From assembly GCA_951406725.2 (NCBI GenBank), contig OX597824.1, positions 8,618,001 to 8,682,000 of the forward strand: DNA of 64,000 nucleotides, read 5' to 3'. A program made the translations under genes and the position numbers. The notes beneath the pieces were generated by a model. The model worked only from the letters and a program-made list of their open reading frames with translations, made no database searches and had not been told where the DNA came from. This document shows positions 24,825-40,255 of this stretch, piece after piece. Source of the stretch: Octopus vulgaris. Taxonomy: Eukaryota. Positions within the stretch are counted from its first letter, which is position 1. Each line of letters opens with the position of its first letter.

Positions 24825-25607
24825 TTGATTTCAAAGTCGCCATGATAGATCGTTAGCCACTACACACATTATATATATATATATATATATATACAGTTGT
24901 ACCTGGTGTTAAAGAAGTTACCTGAAACCAAATTCAACCCTCATAGAAAACTAATACCCAGAATCTTTAAACGCGCTCCTTAAACACACAAGGCCTATAA
25001 ATTTGACAAAATGCATGCGTCGGTGTTTGCATGATTGTGAATAAAATTAAAAATAAGGGTTTTCAGTCTCATTTATTTCATGATTAATTGTTAACATTAT
25101 TATTTCAGGATTGTCTTAACGTTTTTTTTTATACCAAATAATAATTTTCTAACGTCAATATTGACGTTAATACTTCAGGCCTTTCACAACGATTGCAAGT
25201 TCATTTCCCTGTTATGTTTGTGTTGCATTTTGAAAAGTTGTTATTTTGAATCTTGTAGTGTTTTTCTCGATGCCTTTCGTGAATTGATGTGAGGTGAGGC
25301 TTTTTAAAAGTTGTTATTCTTTTTTATTATTGGGCATATTCAATAAGGTGTAATTGTGTTTTTTTAATTAATGATTTTCTGATTAAGGTTTGTTCATTAA
25401 TGCATGAGATAATTAATACAGTGAATAGCTTCTTGTTTGTTGCAGGTGATGAAATAGCTTAGGGAACTCCCGAAATACATTTCATGTGAAAGAAAACCCA
25501 TACGTAGCAAATATTATTGTATATCTTCATTATCAATATTTCTTACTCAGTTAAGTTTTTTTTTTACAAAAAAAGAAGAGATTAAACAAATTTATTTATT
25601 TTATTTA

Positions 25608-25909
25608 TGCGCCCTTTTCGAGCCTAGCCAGGCTCATGGGCTCGGTTTCCCGGTTTCTGTGGCGTATGTGTTCCCCCCAGCTGGAAGGGACGTCAGTCCA
25701 TCGCAGCGTTACTCAAGAAACAGGAAGAGAGAGTGAGAAAAAGTTGGGGCGAAAGAGTACAACAGGGATCGCCACCACCGCCTGCCGGAGCCTCGTGGAG
25801 CTTTAGGTATTTTCGCTCAATAAACACACAACGGCCGGTCTAGGAATAGAAACTGCGATCCTCTGACCGCGAGTCTGTTGCCCTAACCACTGGGCCATTG
25901 CGTCTCCAC
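25608..25909 (-). mobile_element. tRNA-derived SINE (family D head, tail X), full length
   Basis: Reverse complement begins GGAGACGCAA-TGGCCCAGTGG-TTAGGGC, B-box-like GGTTTC.ATTCC, and ends in the tail shared with 9575-9670. Confidence 0.85.
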
Positions 25910-27077
25910 ATTAAACAAATTACAAAGTGAAATAACGGAGAGGCTTTGTCTACTAAAGTAGCTACTCAGAAATATTGTAAGCTCTTTTGAATTCATCGCA
26001 ATGTTTGAAACACTTCCGCTTCGTCAGCAGGTACCTAAGAACCACAAGAGTTTCGCTCCTTAACCTGTACGCATCACCTAAGTTTGGAAGCGAGGACTAA
26101 ATTAGTCTTCTCATGCAGAAGAAGGGCTGCTCGTGCAATCTCTTGTCAATCACAACTATCTTGAGCTGGTTTCAGCTGCCATACCTATTGCCTTGATGGG
26201 TTTGATTTCTTCAGTTGCCTGGGTTCCAGACCAATCTTCTGCAGGAAATAGCGCACCAATCTAGCTTGGAACCTATGACAGCCGACTTTAATCGGAAATA
26301 AGGTCTAAAACTGTCTTTGAAAGATTCAGTATTAAATCCATTAGGTGACACGAGGAAGGTTTAAGAAATTTCGTCCCAAACAAAAATTTGTTAAAAAACT
26401 AAATTTTGCACAATTCCCTACTGAGGCGTTATATTTTCTCATAGAAACCTCTTATTAATTCCAAATGCAGGTTTTCAAATATGTGGTGTGTGTATAATAA
26501 AAATAAGAATATAGAATTAAACAAAAATGGACCCTAAATACATTTGCATATAATTATTAACCTGTTTATCACTTTTATCGCGGCAACTCTTGCGATCAAT
26601 CACTGTACTAGGAAAAGCTGGGCTACAGTGACTTGTTCGAATTAATAACGTAGTAGTATTAGTTATGGAATGGGGGTGGAAAATTTGATGTTTTCATGTG
26701 AAATCTTATATAAGACGTAGGTCATATTTCAGTTGAATCATAACTAATCATGCCTCTGGCTTGCTACGAATGTGAACATTTGTAATATCATCATTATAGC
26801 CCTGTCGTCTGTACCCACCGTTGCATCATGCTTAATACGTTGTGGGTTCTGCGTTACGAAATGTTTTTTTTAATAAAAAAAATGTCTCTATTTTACGATT
26901 ATGAAGAAGTCCTAAAACAAGTTTCTTTACATCTCGCAATACATACATACACACATACGTTCATACATACATACATACATACACACATTAATGTACGTAT
27001 ATATATGTAATATATATATCCATATACATGTATATAAATGTATATATACATGCCTATATACAAATATATCACATATA

Positions 27078-27131
<54 letters not shown>

Positions 27132-27359
27132 ACTATATATACAAATATACATATATTTGTATATATCTATATGCACATATATGTTTGATATATACATACA
27201 CCAACATATACACATATATGCGTATATATATAAATATATATATATATATACACACACATACAAGCATTCATATATATAATTATATATACATAGATAGATA
27301 GATACATACATACATACATACATACATACACACACATATATATATACATACAAACATAC

Positions 27360-27391
<32 letters not shown>

Positions 27392-28065
27392 TATACACAC
27401 ACACACACGCATGTATATATTTGTGTAGCTTGATGATTAATAACACTCATGACGTGTTCTGTTTTATCTAATGTTATTTACAAGAAAATTAGTCTATTCT
27501 ATAACCAATATACATTTGGGTCATATTGTAATAATATATACGCAGCGTTTGTTTCCAATGTCGTAAATGAATGATATATCTGTTGCATATTTTCATTTCA
27601 TATTCTTTCTCTCTGTTATTTCTTTTGTTATTCATTTTCGTGTATTCCCTTATCGAAGTAGAGTATTAACTACTTTTTTGTTTGAATTGATTGCGTTCTT
27701 TTTGTTGTACAGCTTCTGATGAAGAGAATCTCAGAAAGCCTATATGATGAAGGAATTTTTACAATAACATATAATACCCTGCATGATATACCTTAGAAGT
27801 GTTCGGTGTAGACTGATATTAAAATATTCTTTATTATTCTTACATTAATGTCTAACAATGTTGCTCGCCGAATTCTTTAGATCCTTATCTATTTTATATT
27901 AAAGATGGACGCCGAAAGCGGTATTCAAGATCTTGGTTTATTTTTGACTCATTTTGCGCGTTTGTGTGTTGTCACAATAACGACATTGTTCATATTAGCA
28001 GCAACACCGCCCCCTAGCGGTTTTCTACTAGTCATAATAGTGATAAGTATATATTTACATATGTG

Positions 28066-28096
<31 letters not shown>

Positions 28097-28351
28097 GTAG
28101 ACACGCACAAGCACGCACACACAGACACTCATGCATATATATGAGTATATATTTACATGTATGTATACACACACAATTAAGCAGATACGAAAAACACGTC
28201 GTATTCAAATGATGTAAGATGTGTTTTGGGAAAGCAATATGTGCCTATGCACACACACACACATACATACATACATATCTGTACATATACATACACACAC
28301 ACATGCAGTGAAAGTAAGAGTAAAGTTTCTGTGTGTGTGTGTATATATACA

Positions 28352-28418
<67 letters not shown>

Positions 28419-28947
28419 ATATTTTATATATTTATATATATATGTATATATACAATGATTGCCACATATGTATGTATGCATGTATATATATATATATGTG
28501 TGTGTGTATATGTGTGTGTGTATCACAGTGTAATAGTATATTAAAAATATATTGCATTATCTGATATGGAACTCAATATGCTGGCATAGAGACGATGAAG
28601 ATATATACATACATCTATATATAAATAAATATATGTATATATATATATATAGATGATGAAAATATATATATGTATATATATATATGTATATACGCACCCA
28701 CACATATATGTATATGCTTCTGTATGTATATGTGTATGCATGTACGTGTTTATGTTTACAAGATCTGCGCTTTTGATTGGGAATGAAACTGGAGTAGGCC
28801 TTCTCTGAAGAACGAGCAATAAAACGTCAAACAGTGGGGACCACTGCCTATATTTTCTGCGCATTAATAGCATGGGAAGAATTATGACTTTTCTATGGGC
28901 ATAAAATAGATATTATGGACATTAAGAATGAATGTGGTACGAAGAAA

Positions 28948-29035
<88 letters not shown>

Positions 29036-29388
29036 AATAAATAATACAAAATAGGAAAATGGAGAAATACATCTAAATAAAATATCGATTACCAGATAAT
29101 ACCCAATCACATACTTTTATTAAACCACCACATAAGAAACTTTAAGGACAAACATAATAAAGTAGAACAAAATAGTGTACATAAAGGAGTGTACATAAAG
29201 GAGTAATGTTATACAATAAGTACAATATGTATAAGAGAATATAAAAATATAAGTATAAATATAGACTGCATCTTACAGCTGTTTCGTATTTATGTATATA
29301 TATATGTATATATATATATATATATATACATTTATGTATTAACTTTGTTGGGTACTTGCATTTACAACCCCTATCTCAATTTATACAA

Positions 29389-29520
<132 letters not shown>

Positions 29521-29589
29521 TTATATATATACATATAGGTAAATAGATAGATATATGTACACGCACACAGACATACGTATATATATATA

Positions 29590-29785
29590 TAGCGAGAATT
29601 TACAAAAAAAAAACAAAAAAAACAAAAGACGAAGACAGATGCTGTAAACAACAAACACATGTATTAGTTTAACGCTCGGGAAGTGAGAAAGTATTTTACG
29701 TTTCGAGCCGACGCTCTTTGACAGAAAGGAACACAAAAATAAACAGAGAGTACATAAAAAGGGTTTAGTGGCTAGCGATCTATCA
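29590..29785 (-). mobile_element. Dispersed ~200-bp pLTR-like repeat (copy 2)
   Basis: Homologous to 24213-24421. Confidence 0.75.
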
Positions 29786-29975
29786 CACACACACACTCAC
29801 ACAAACACACACACACACACACACATACATACGCACATACAGCCACACACTCATATATATATATATATATATAAACATACATGCATACATATGTATGCAC
29901 ATATACACACACATGCATACATACATATATCTATATCAATCTATCTATCTATCTGTCTGTCTGTCTGTCTGTCTA

Positions 29976-30008
<33 letters not shown>

Positions 30009-30679
30009 TTATCTATGTATTGTCCGTCCGTTCGTCTGTCTGTCCAATCCCTTCGTCCGTCCGTTCGTTTGTCCGTCCGTCAGTCCGTCTTCCTGTCTAC
30101 CCATTCATCCATGCATCCATCCATCCGTCCGTCTGTCCGTCTTTCACTTTCCGCCTCCCAATTCCATTCACAAGGTTTTGGTGAGTGCGAAGCTACAGCA
30201 GGAGACACTACTTGCTCAAGGCTCCACGCTAAGGGATTGAACACACAACCATGTCGTCTGGAAGGAAACATCTTACGAAACAGCTACGGCTATTCTAGTG
30301 TATATCTTGCATAAGATTTTGCTACTATTTCGATGATATTAACGTTGACCACCCGGAAGCATACACATTGGGCCGAAGAAAAGAATAGTTCTCGTTCTAG
30401 AATTCCCCAAACCCCACCCACCCGAGACACAACATTTTCTCTCCTCCAGACCCTTAAAGTTGTATGGTTTGTAGTGATTGTTTTCTGTTTATCGACTTCC
30501 AAATCGTTTCGGAATTCAAGAGGCTAATAACACAAATTTCAACCAATATTCCTCAGTTCTGGTCTAAAAAAATAACAAAAAACAAAATATAAAACAGCAA
30601 AATTTGCACTAAATTCTAAAATTCTTAGAGACGATATTACTTGAAGCAGGAAAACCGAGCTGTACGAGCCACTCGGATG

Positions 30680-30720
<41 letters not shown>

Positions 30721-30810
30721 CGCACACGCACACCTAAGTATACAATCATAAACTCAAACACATTTATTCACACATTCATTCATACACAAATTCACGCACA
30801 CAGACATGCG

Positions 30811-30882
<72 letters not shown>

Positions 30883-31289
30883 TGCATACATACCTACATA
30901 CACACACATATATATATAAATAGTTAATCCAAACATGAACAAAGAGAAAACACAACAACGCGAGGACGTGGAACAGTATAGTGTTATTGGACGCTCTGGC
31001 AAGGAAAGAAAGAAGGAGGGGATATATATATATGCATATACGTAAATATATATATAACTATATATATCTATATATATTTATATATGCATATACGTACACA
31101 CACACACACATATATATATATATACATTCATATCTTTGTATATACATACATGAGTGCATATAAATATATATGTAATATATATACATATACACACGCGCAT
31201 ATACATTCATGTGTATACATAGATACGTATGCATATCTACATATGCATTCATAAATACACATATATATATATAAATGTTTTCTATATAC

Positions 31290-31331
<42 letters not shown>

Positions 31332-31548
31332 AATATAAAAAGGAATAAAAAAAGGTAAAATAACCTCGTCTTGTTTTCCACTGCAAACTCCATGAAATGT
31401 CACGAGAGGAAAACGGAAGATATATAAAAAGGCCAATAAGACATTAAGTTTAAAAACATTCAAAATGTAATTATTTTACTAAAGATATAAAAGCAAAACT
31501 GCCAAAATTCCCCTCAATAAGACCACTATACACACATCCACTAATCTG

Positions 31549-31664
<116 letters not shown>

Positions 31665-31908
31665 CGCACACAAATGTATAAGAAGCATTTATATATGCAT
31701 ATATGAAAGTAAATATGTGAATGTGTATATACTGTATATGCATGTATACATATACATACTTACATACATACATACATATATATTCCACTTTGTTATATAA
31801 AATCTTATATAGATTTTGTCTTTATATTATATATATATGTACATATATATATATGTATATATATATATATGTACATATATATATATATGTACATATATAT
31901 ATATGTAC

Positions 31909-31970
<62 letters not shown>

Positions 31971-31996
31971 GTATATATATATATATATATATGTAC

Positions 31997-32085
<89 letters not shown>

Positions 32086-32451
32086 TTTAAACAATGATAT
32101 AAACTCATTTATGCATGGACGGAAGTGAACAAAAAAATTCCGTCTTCCTTTGCTCGAGCAAAGTAAAAGAAAAGAGAGAACGAAAAGGAAGAATGAATGA
32201 ATGAATGTAAGAAAGGAAGAACGAAAGAGAGAAAACAGGCAACAATGAAAGAATGAAAGAAAGAGAAAGAAAGCAGGCAAGAAAGAGATTTTTCTCAAAA
32301 TTGGTTGCTAAAAGATGAAAGCCAAGTAGAAATAGTTCGCCATCTAGATAAATAGATATAAGGAAAAAAAATACACACACACACACACACACACTCTCTC
32401 TTTCTCTCTCTCTCTCTCACACACACGAATGAGCGCGCTGTTATGATATAA

Positions 32452-32501
<50 letters not shown>

Positions 32502-32621
32502 CGCGTGTGTGTCATTGAGTGTGTGTTATATTGACAACACACAAATATAAGCGCGTATTTTATCGTTAGAACAAAATAACAAAAAAAGACTTCAAAAGCT
32601 TAATATTAGTTTAAAATAGCA

Positions 32622-32671
<50 letters not shown>

Positions 32672-33049
32672 CGCATACATGCACGCAAATCGAATGCAGT
32701 ATTTGAGTTTCCGTACGCATGCCGCCAAGTAAAGTAAAATTCAATACCGCGAGTCGAGTAATCTTTACTTCAGCAATAGGAAAGACCATATCACGTGATT
32801 GCTCAGATTCAGGAAATATTTTGTGCGACCTCTTCTGGCGAATATTAAATTTCGTCGTCGCAATAGAAATCAGGGAATGGTTGGGATTGTGTTATAGGCA
32901 CGACGGAGGGGTTTTTGGCGAGGAAGAATTGCGGTAAAGAATTGAGCGAGACAAATGGAAGGTATGCATACGTGAGGGGGTGTTAGATTTATTGATAGTT
33001 TGTAAGGATTGGCAAAATCTAGAAACATTTATATATAGAAGTGTGAACC

Positions 33050-33079
<30 letters not shown>

Positions 33080-33080
<1 letters not shown>

Positions 33081-33468
33081 GCACAGGAGTGGCTGTGTGG
33101 TAAGGAGCTTGCTTAACAGCCACATGGTTCCGGGTTCAGACCCACTGCGTGGCACCTTGGGCAAGTGTTTTCTCCTATAGCCTCGGGCTGAACAAAGCCT
33201 TGTGAGTGGATTTGGTAGACGGAAACTGAAAGAAACCCGTCGTATATATGTATGTATATGTATGTATGTTTGTGTGTCTGTGTCTGTCCCCCAACATCGC
33301 TTGACAACCGATGCTGGTGTGTTTACGTCCCCGTAACCTAGCGGTTCGGCAAACGAGACAGATAGAATAAGTACTAGGCTTCTAAAGAATAAGTCCTGGG
33401 GTCGATTTTCTCGACTAAAGGCGGTGCTCCAGCATGGCCGCAGCCAAATGACTGAAACAAGTAAAGAG
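33080..33468 (+). mobile_element. Full-length tRNA-derived CORE-like SINE (family B) with internal microsatellite
   Basis: TGGCTGTGTGG A box, GGGTTCAGACCC B box, GCACCTTGGGCAAGTG (CORE-like), internal (TA/TG)n, conserved 3' module ending ACTGAAACAAGTAAA. Confidence 0.9.
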
Positions 33469-33547
33469 ATACACACACACGCACACACACACATATACAA
33501 AATAGAAGAAAGAAAAAGTGAACCAGTAAAGATGTATCAGTCTAAAG

Positions 33548-33853
33548 AAAGGTTTCTCAACCATTTTCTACCTATCGACCCCTATGATCCCTATTTTATT
33601 CTGATGAACCCTTATGGCTATTTGATATTTAAGAACTAATTTTATTGAAATTTCTTTTTAAATTCCACATTAGTTTGTGTAGGTTGGGCTATGCAAAACA
33701 GAGAACGAAATCTGGCTGTTTCTTGCAAATTTTTTTTCAAGAGCCCTTAAAATACTATTGTAAACTCCCAATTTACTATTTTTTGTTTAGAACCCCCTCT
33801 AAATCTTATATTGACCCTCGGGAGGCTATATGGACGCTGGTTGAGAATTTCTG
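33548..33853. mobile_element. hAT-type MITE (decayed)
   Basis: Termini (A)AAGGTTTCTCAACC ... GGTTGAGAATTTCTG; left flank GTCTAAAG resembles the Charlie-type target. Confidence 0.6.
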
Positions 33854-35097
33854 TTTTATATCAGGAAATTTATATATTTTTGTATAATTACTGAATTGTT
33901 ATAAAAGAGAAGTTAGAACAGAGTGTATCTTAAGAAATAAGCCAGTAAGAAGATGATACGCTCCAATGATACAATTCTATTGTAACAACACAACAATTAG
34001 GATTAAATATATAAATTTTACGCTCAGCCATTCGCTGGTAGACTTATAGCAATGAATTTTATGCTCAGCTCATAGCCATTCATTGCTAGACAGCTACAAC
34101 GTCATTCTTTGTTTTAGTCGCAGTTCGGTCAGAGTTTTTGGTTGTTTGTCGACATGAAGGCTAATTGTATATACCTATTACATCACGTCATTAGATGTAC
34201 TTTTATCTAAACTCTGTGTGTGTGTGTGTATTGTTTAGGACACAAGAATATCTAAACAGTCGAGAGAATGTGAAATAATTCTTTGTACCTATCATGTCTA
34301 AAAGAGATATATACTAAATCATGGAGCCAACCACTTAACCTCTCTCTCTTCCAATCATGATCCAATAGCCATCTTCAGTCACTACACGTTTTAAGTCTTC
34401 TCCCTTGATCACATTGAATTGTAGTTGTATACTACAATCAATCATTCACTCACAAACAACATGAGAGTATTTTCCCATATTTTATTTCAATGATGTGTGT
34501 TTCAATATGCAGAAACGAATTTGCATACTCGCCCTACATTATAAACTAGAGTTCCATCTTCTTCACGAACAAGCAAATATCATACATACAGCTACACATT
34601 CACACTCCCTACTTAATAAACAATCACCAATCCCCACACAGCCGTCGTAATTAACAAACGATTAATCACACAAATACAATACCCAGTTATTTACAATTAT
34701 TTTAAAGTATTCATAAGTAGTCATATTATTTATTTTTCGCATCTGTCTCACTGAAATGCCTACTTAAATATATAACTAACCCTCATTTATATAGATTAGA
34801 ATCGATCTCATAACAACTCCTCATACCATCATCCATCACTCATCTATCACTCATTGTTTGGCTTTCAATCATTCTGATTCACCACATATGATTTCTAGTC
34901 AATGAGGACACCTCCGTGCACCTAACTTTACACCTGCTCTTTATTAATTACTCTTTACTATCTATCATATTTCACAGATATAGATCGAAGTTCCAAAAAT
35001 ATTCAGTCGGTCAGAAGAATTGGATGAAACTGGCAGTGACCGGAATATTTTAATATACCCCCTCCTCTCTCTCTGTGTCTGTCTGTCTGTCTATCTG

Positions 35098-35176
<79 letters not shown>

Positions 35177-35320
35177 GTCTGTCTGTCTGTCGGTCTGTCT
35201 GTCTGTCTACACACACGTTTGTGAGTGTGGACATGCGCATGTGAGAGTGAGCTTATGTACGTATATGTATAAATGTGTTGGTATGCATTTAAAGGAGCAT
35301 ATATATATATATATATGTGT

Positions 35321-35359
<39 letters not shown>

Positions 35360-35469
35360 TGTGTGCGTGTGTGTGCGTGTGTGAATGTGGGTGTATGTAT
35401 ATATATGTATTTGCATATATTTGCATGTATGTGTCTGAGTGTTTAAAGTATCAATATATACACACATAC

Positions 35470-35503
<34 letters not shown>

Positions 35504-35678
35504 CAGTCTCTGTATCCATCTGTGTGTGTGTCTAAACCTCTATGCATACATATACATTCATATGTTTATATGCAAACATATCCATGCATATATACATACA
35601 TACAAATATACAAACATATATATATATATATCTTTGTATATGCAAATACATATACGCATCCATATATGCGCAGAAGCA

Positions 35679-35724
<46 letters not shown>

Positions 35725-36114
35725 CGTATGTCTGTGTCTGAATATTTTCTATTTCATTTAACGCTCTGTAAAAACCTTGCAGGAGGAAATATTCTCGTTA
35801 TATCTGCGAAATAGTTATTCCTACAACACACATACACAAACACACATAAACACACACACACACACTCACACACACTCACACACACACACACAAATACAAA
35901 TACACACACTCACTTGCACACAACCAGGCACATATATATACACACACAGATGGTGTGTGTAAGGGAGTGAGGGAGTTTGAAACACACACATAAATATATA
36001 CGCTCTATATACACTCACATATATAAGTATATATATATGTGTGTGTGTTTATATCTATATATATAACTATAGCTATATATATATTTATACACACACATAC
36101 ATATATATATGTAT

Positions 36115-36154
<40 letters not shown>

Positions 36155-36813
36155 TCATACTTACATACGCATATATATATATATGTATATATATATGTGT
36201 GTGTATGTATATATATATACATATATATACATATATATACATATATATATGTGTATGTATATATATATACATATATATATATATACATATATATATACAC
36301 AGAATATATGTGTGCATAAGTTTGTATCCATACGTGTATCCATATATAGACTGTGCATTATATATTTAAGGCCTAATTTGTATTCAACGGAAAAACTGAG
36401 ACCGAGAAAAGACAAGAAGAAACAAAAAAGAAAAGATGAAAACTTTAAAAAAAAAAACACAAAAAAGGCGTAAAGCGCAACCACTACTGAAGCAGTAACA
36501 AGAAGATGAAGAAGAAGAAGAACAACAGCAACAACAAGCATTGCTATGAGAGCAACAGCGGCAGCAACAAAAAAGTTATTTTAAATTCCTGACACTTCAG
36601 TAAGCTAACCAAGGTGATGACGTAGTTATGTGAGCTGTGAGTTATGGCGGTAGAGAGGGAAGATGTATATTTTTGAATGTGCATATACACAGTGGCATAT
36701 ATATATGTGTGTGTGTGTGTGTGTATAATATATATTTACACATGTGCATACATTTAAACAGATATTGCATGTGTGTTTGTATAAATATCTATAGATATGC
36801 CTATCTATCTATC

Positions 36814-36891
<78 letters not shown>

Positions 36892-36908
36892 CATCACTCA
36901 ATCAATTA

Positions 36909-36989
<81 letters not shown>

Positions 36990-37297
36990 CAACCTAAATC
37001 ATGTATGTAATGTATATATATATGCATATACATTTACATATATGCATATATAAATACACATATATTTATAATGTATGCATTTACGTACATGTACATGCAT
37101 CTATATAATAAACACACACGCACACATATAAATACACACATACATATATATACACACATACATATATATACACATATATACATACACATCTCAGTGCACG
37201 CGCCTATTTATTCTGTAATGGAATGTCTCCCATTCTCTCAATCTGTATACACACAAACTCACACACATATATACGTGTGTGTTTGTACACACACTCA

Positions 37298-37344
<47 letters not shown>

Positions 37345-37652
37345 ACACACACACACACTCACACATACACAAAATTACACACGCATATACATTTACTGAT
37401 GCACGCACGGACACACATGTATCTAGTTATCCACTATTCTCCTTCCTCTCCTCTTGTGTGTTACAATGTGGAGAGAAAGTTAAAAGTTTCGGATTTTCTC
37501 TTTTTTTTTTATATTTTACTTCTCGTTAAATCACACGTGATTTCAATAACATCCCTACACTGCCACCAAAAGAAACGTTAACTTGGCAAACGTTCAATTT
37601 CTACGCCAAGTTGAAATAATTAAATAAATAAATGAATGAACATGAGATAGAA

Positions 37653-37688
<36 letters not shown>

Positions 37689-37778
37689 TCTTATATATAT
37701 GTATATATGTGTGTTATATATATATATATATATATATTCTATATATATATATATATATAGATAGATATAGATATATGT

Positions 37779-37845
<67 letters not shown>

Positions 37846-37885
37846 CATACATATATATGCATAAAACTTAGATGAATCTTAGATA

Positions 37886-38437
37886 TGTTTCGACCAAAGA
37901 TTGGTTCAGGCCGTGTCTAACTTAATAGCACCACCTGATAGGATTATCTAAATCCTTTTTATGTCAAGTTTTGTGGTAGCATGGTCCATTCAAGTAGTGA
38001 GTTCTTGTTGAGTAAGTTGTATGCAGGTATGAGTGGCTTATCTGGTATTCCTTGAAGAAATTTGTCCAGTCTCTGTTTAAAGGTGATGGGATCTTTTTCC
38101 TCTTTGATCAGTTTTGGGACAATGTCAAACAGGGAAGGGCCTGTTGAGGAAAAGAAATTTGTGTCACAGTGTAACCATATGTTGTGATCCTGAATTGGCC
38201 AGGGCACGTATGGCCCGTGATCTCAGCCTTGGATAAACCTTGAAGCTAACGTTGAAGTCGTTTGGGCAATGCTGGCGGTATATTCTCCACACCGTGCAAA
38301 TGATGTACCGATCGCAGCGGCGCTGGAAAACGGAGAGTTTCAAGGTTTTAAGGCGGTCCCAGTAATCGAGATCAGTCATGCCTTCAATTAGTTTAGTGAG
38401 TGCCCTCTGAGGTGATTCAATTTTCGAGATGCTGTTA
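37886..38437 (-). mobile_element. CR1-clade LINE 3' fragment
   Basis: SKIESPQRALTKLIEGMTDLDYWDRLKTLKLSVFQRRCDRYII... then NFFSSTGPSLFDIVPKLIK...FKQRLDKFLQGIPDKP (frameshift); matches the CR1 post-RT signature E.QR.TK.I.G...Y..RL..L.L....RR.R; second copy at 59463-59627. Confidence 0.8.
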
Positions 38438-38494
38438 GAAAGCGAACTTCGTATCACGCATCCAAGGCTGCGCCAATATATATATACATGGAAT

Positions 38495-38710
38495 AACTTT
38501 CTCTCACTCTTTCTTCCTGTTTCTGTTGTACCGGTATTTCAAAGGGTCAGCCTTGTCACAATCTGTGTCACGCTGAATCTCTCCAAGAACTACATTAAGG
38601 GTACACGTGTCTGTGGAGTACTCAGCCACTTGCACGTTAATTTCAGGAAGAGGCTGTTCCGTTGATCGGACCAACTGGAACCCTCGTCGTCATAACCGAT
38701 GGAGTGCCAC
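38495..38710 (+). mobile_element. SINE 3' portion: family D body with tail Y
   Basis: AACTTTCTCTCACTCTTTCTTCCTGTTTCT (reverse complement of about 25716-25745) joined to the tail seen at 24573-24712. Confidence 0.8.
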
Positions 38711-38833
38711 GACGATATTTTCATATAAATATATGTACGCGTTTATATATATATATATATATATACGTATTGAACACTAAAAAAAACGCTAGAATAAAAA
38801 GGATAATGGGATAAAAGAAAACGAGATACTCAC

Positions 38834-38874
38834 CTTCCAAATTAAGCTGCTGAACGGATTGTCATCGATTGGAT
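38834..38874 (-). CDS. Isolated 41-nt internal exon of an unidentified host gene; open frame (x)PIDDNPFSSLIWK, phase 1 to phase 0
   Basis: Acceptor TTTCTTTATTCTATTTCAG|, donor AAG|GTGAGT, TTAAT branch-like motif upstream; only one of three frames is open; unique sequence. Confidence 0.65.
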
Positions 38875-39283
38875 CTGAAATAGAATAAAGAAATTTCGAT
38901 GATTAATATATAAATAGATACACAAATACATAATCAATATATAAATATATATAACATCAATACATAATATGTAGATAGGGCTATAATAATCCAAACTGTG
39001 TCCTCATGAAGTTTATCCACGTATTCAGTTCTCTTATGTTTATTTGTAGATGTTATATTTTATAGGTGAGTAGAAACTAGTGAGAGAATGCTGTGAAGTC
39101 CTGGAAAGTATGTTTTGCAGAGTAATTACATGTTGAAATAGAAGACTTGAAAATTTTGAGTATTGTTGACCTCACATTACATACGTTTCATTACTTGATA
39201 TGAATGACATAGGTGTACGTGTAGAAAGACATGCAAGTAATTATTTAGACCGAGAATAAAAATGATACATCAATATATATATA

Positions 39284-39325
<42 letters not shown>

Positions 39326-39385
39326 CTGTATCTATCTATCTATATAAATATAATTACATATAAGAGACCAAAGTGCACGTACGCC

Positions 39386-39430
<45 letters not shown>

Positions 39431-39884
39431 GTATGTATAAATATATATATATATATAGAGAGAGAGATAGATAGATAAATAGACAGAGAGAGAGAGAGAG
39501 AGAGTGAGAGAAGAATGAAAGAACAGAAGAGAAAGAGAAGAAAGAAAGAGAGAGGAAAGAAACAGAAGATGCCAAGAAAAGATGTACTAGGTCAATGCTA
39601 ATTGCTTTCATATTGATTCTTATGATCTTTGATAAACTCGTTAAAGTGTCGCCCATAAATGCGTTAGATTATTTCTGTTGGCTCATTATGATTTGAGTTC
39701 CAATCACCCCAAAGTCAGAAAAAGTACTGCGGTTGATAAAATACAGCTCTAATCAATTATTAGGTTAGATGGTATTAACTTCTCCGCCCCCATCAAAATT
39801 GTTATTGTTCTCAAAGAACAAAAATAAAATAGAGAAAAAAAAAACAAAAAACAAAGCGAAGCAATATTAATTAAACCCTTCTTT

Positions 39885-40255
39885 TATAAGGGCAGGGGAA
39901 GTCCGTTGATTAAATCGATCCCATTATTTTATTTTATTAACCCCGAAAAGATAAATAAGCAAAAATGACCTCGGCGGGATTCGAACGCGAAATTCCCAAA
40001 GATTTCTGTCCGCCGTCTTACCTGTTCTTCCAATCGGCAAATCAAGAGAAACGGCTTCTGATTTAGAGACAAAGCTATCAGTTTTGATGGGAAGGGCTTA
40101 ATCAATCATTCCGACTGCAGTGCTTAGCTGTTATTTTATTCTATTGACCCTGAATGGGTGAAAGGCAAAATTAACTTTAGCGGGATTTGAACTCGCAACG
40201 TAAAAGTCCTGAATAAAATACCGAAATGTATTAAATTCTGCCAGTCTAACGCCCT
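39885..40255 (-). mobile_element. Two degenerate SINE family C copies
   Basis: ACCCCGAAAAGAT...ACCTCGGCGGGATTCGAAC and GACCCTGAATGGGTGAAAGGCAAA...GGATTTGAACTC. Confidence 0.65.

Noticed and set aside
26185-26238. Possible 54-nt minus-strand exon (CTGCAG| ... |GTATGG)
   Set aside because: Signals are within chance expectation; the open frame is phase-incompatible with the 41-nt exon
27710-27760. CTGATGA...GAAA hammerhead-like motif
   Set aside because: Could not form convincing stems I and III
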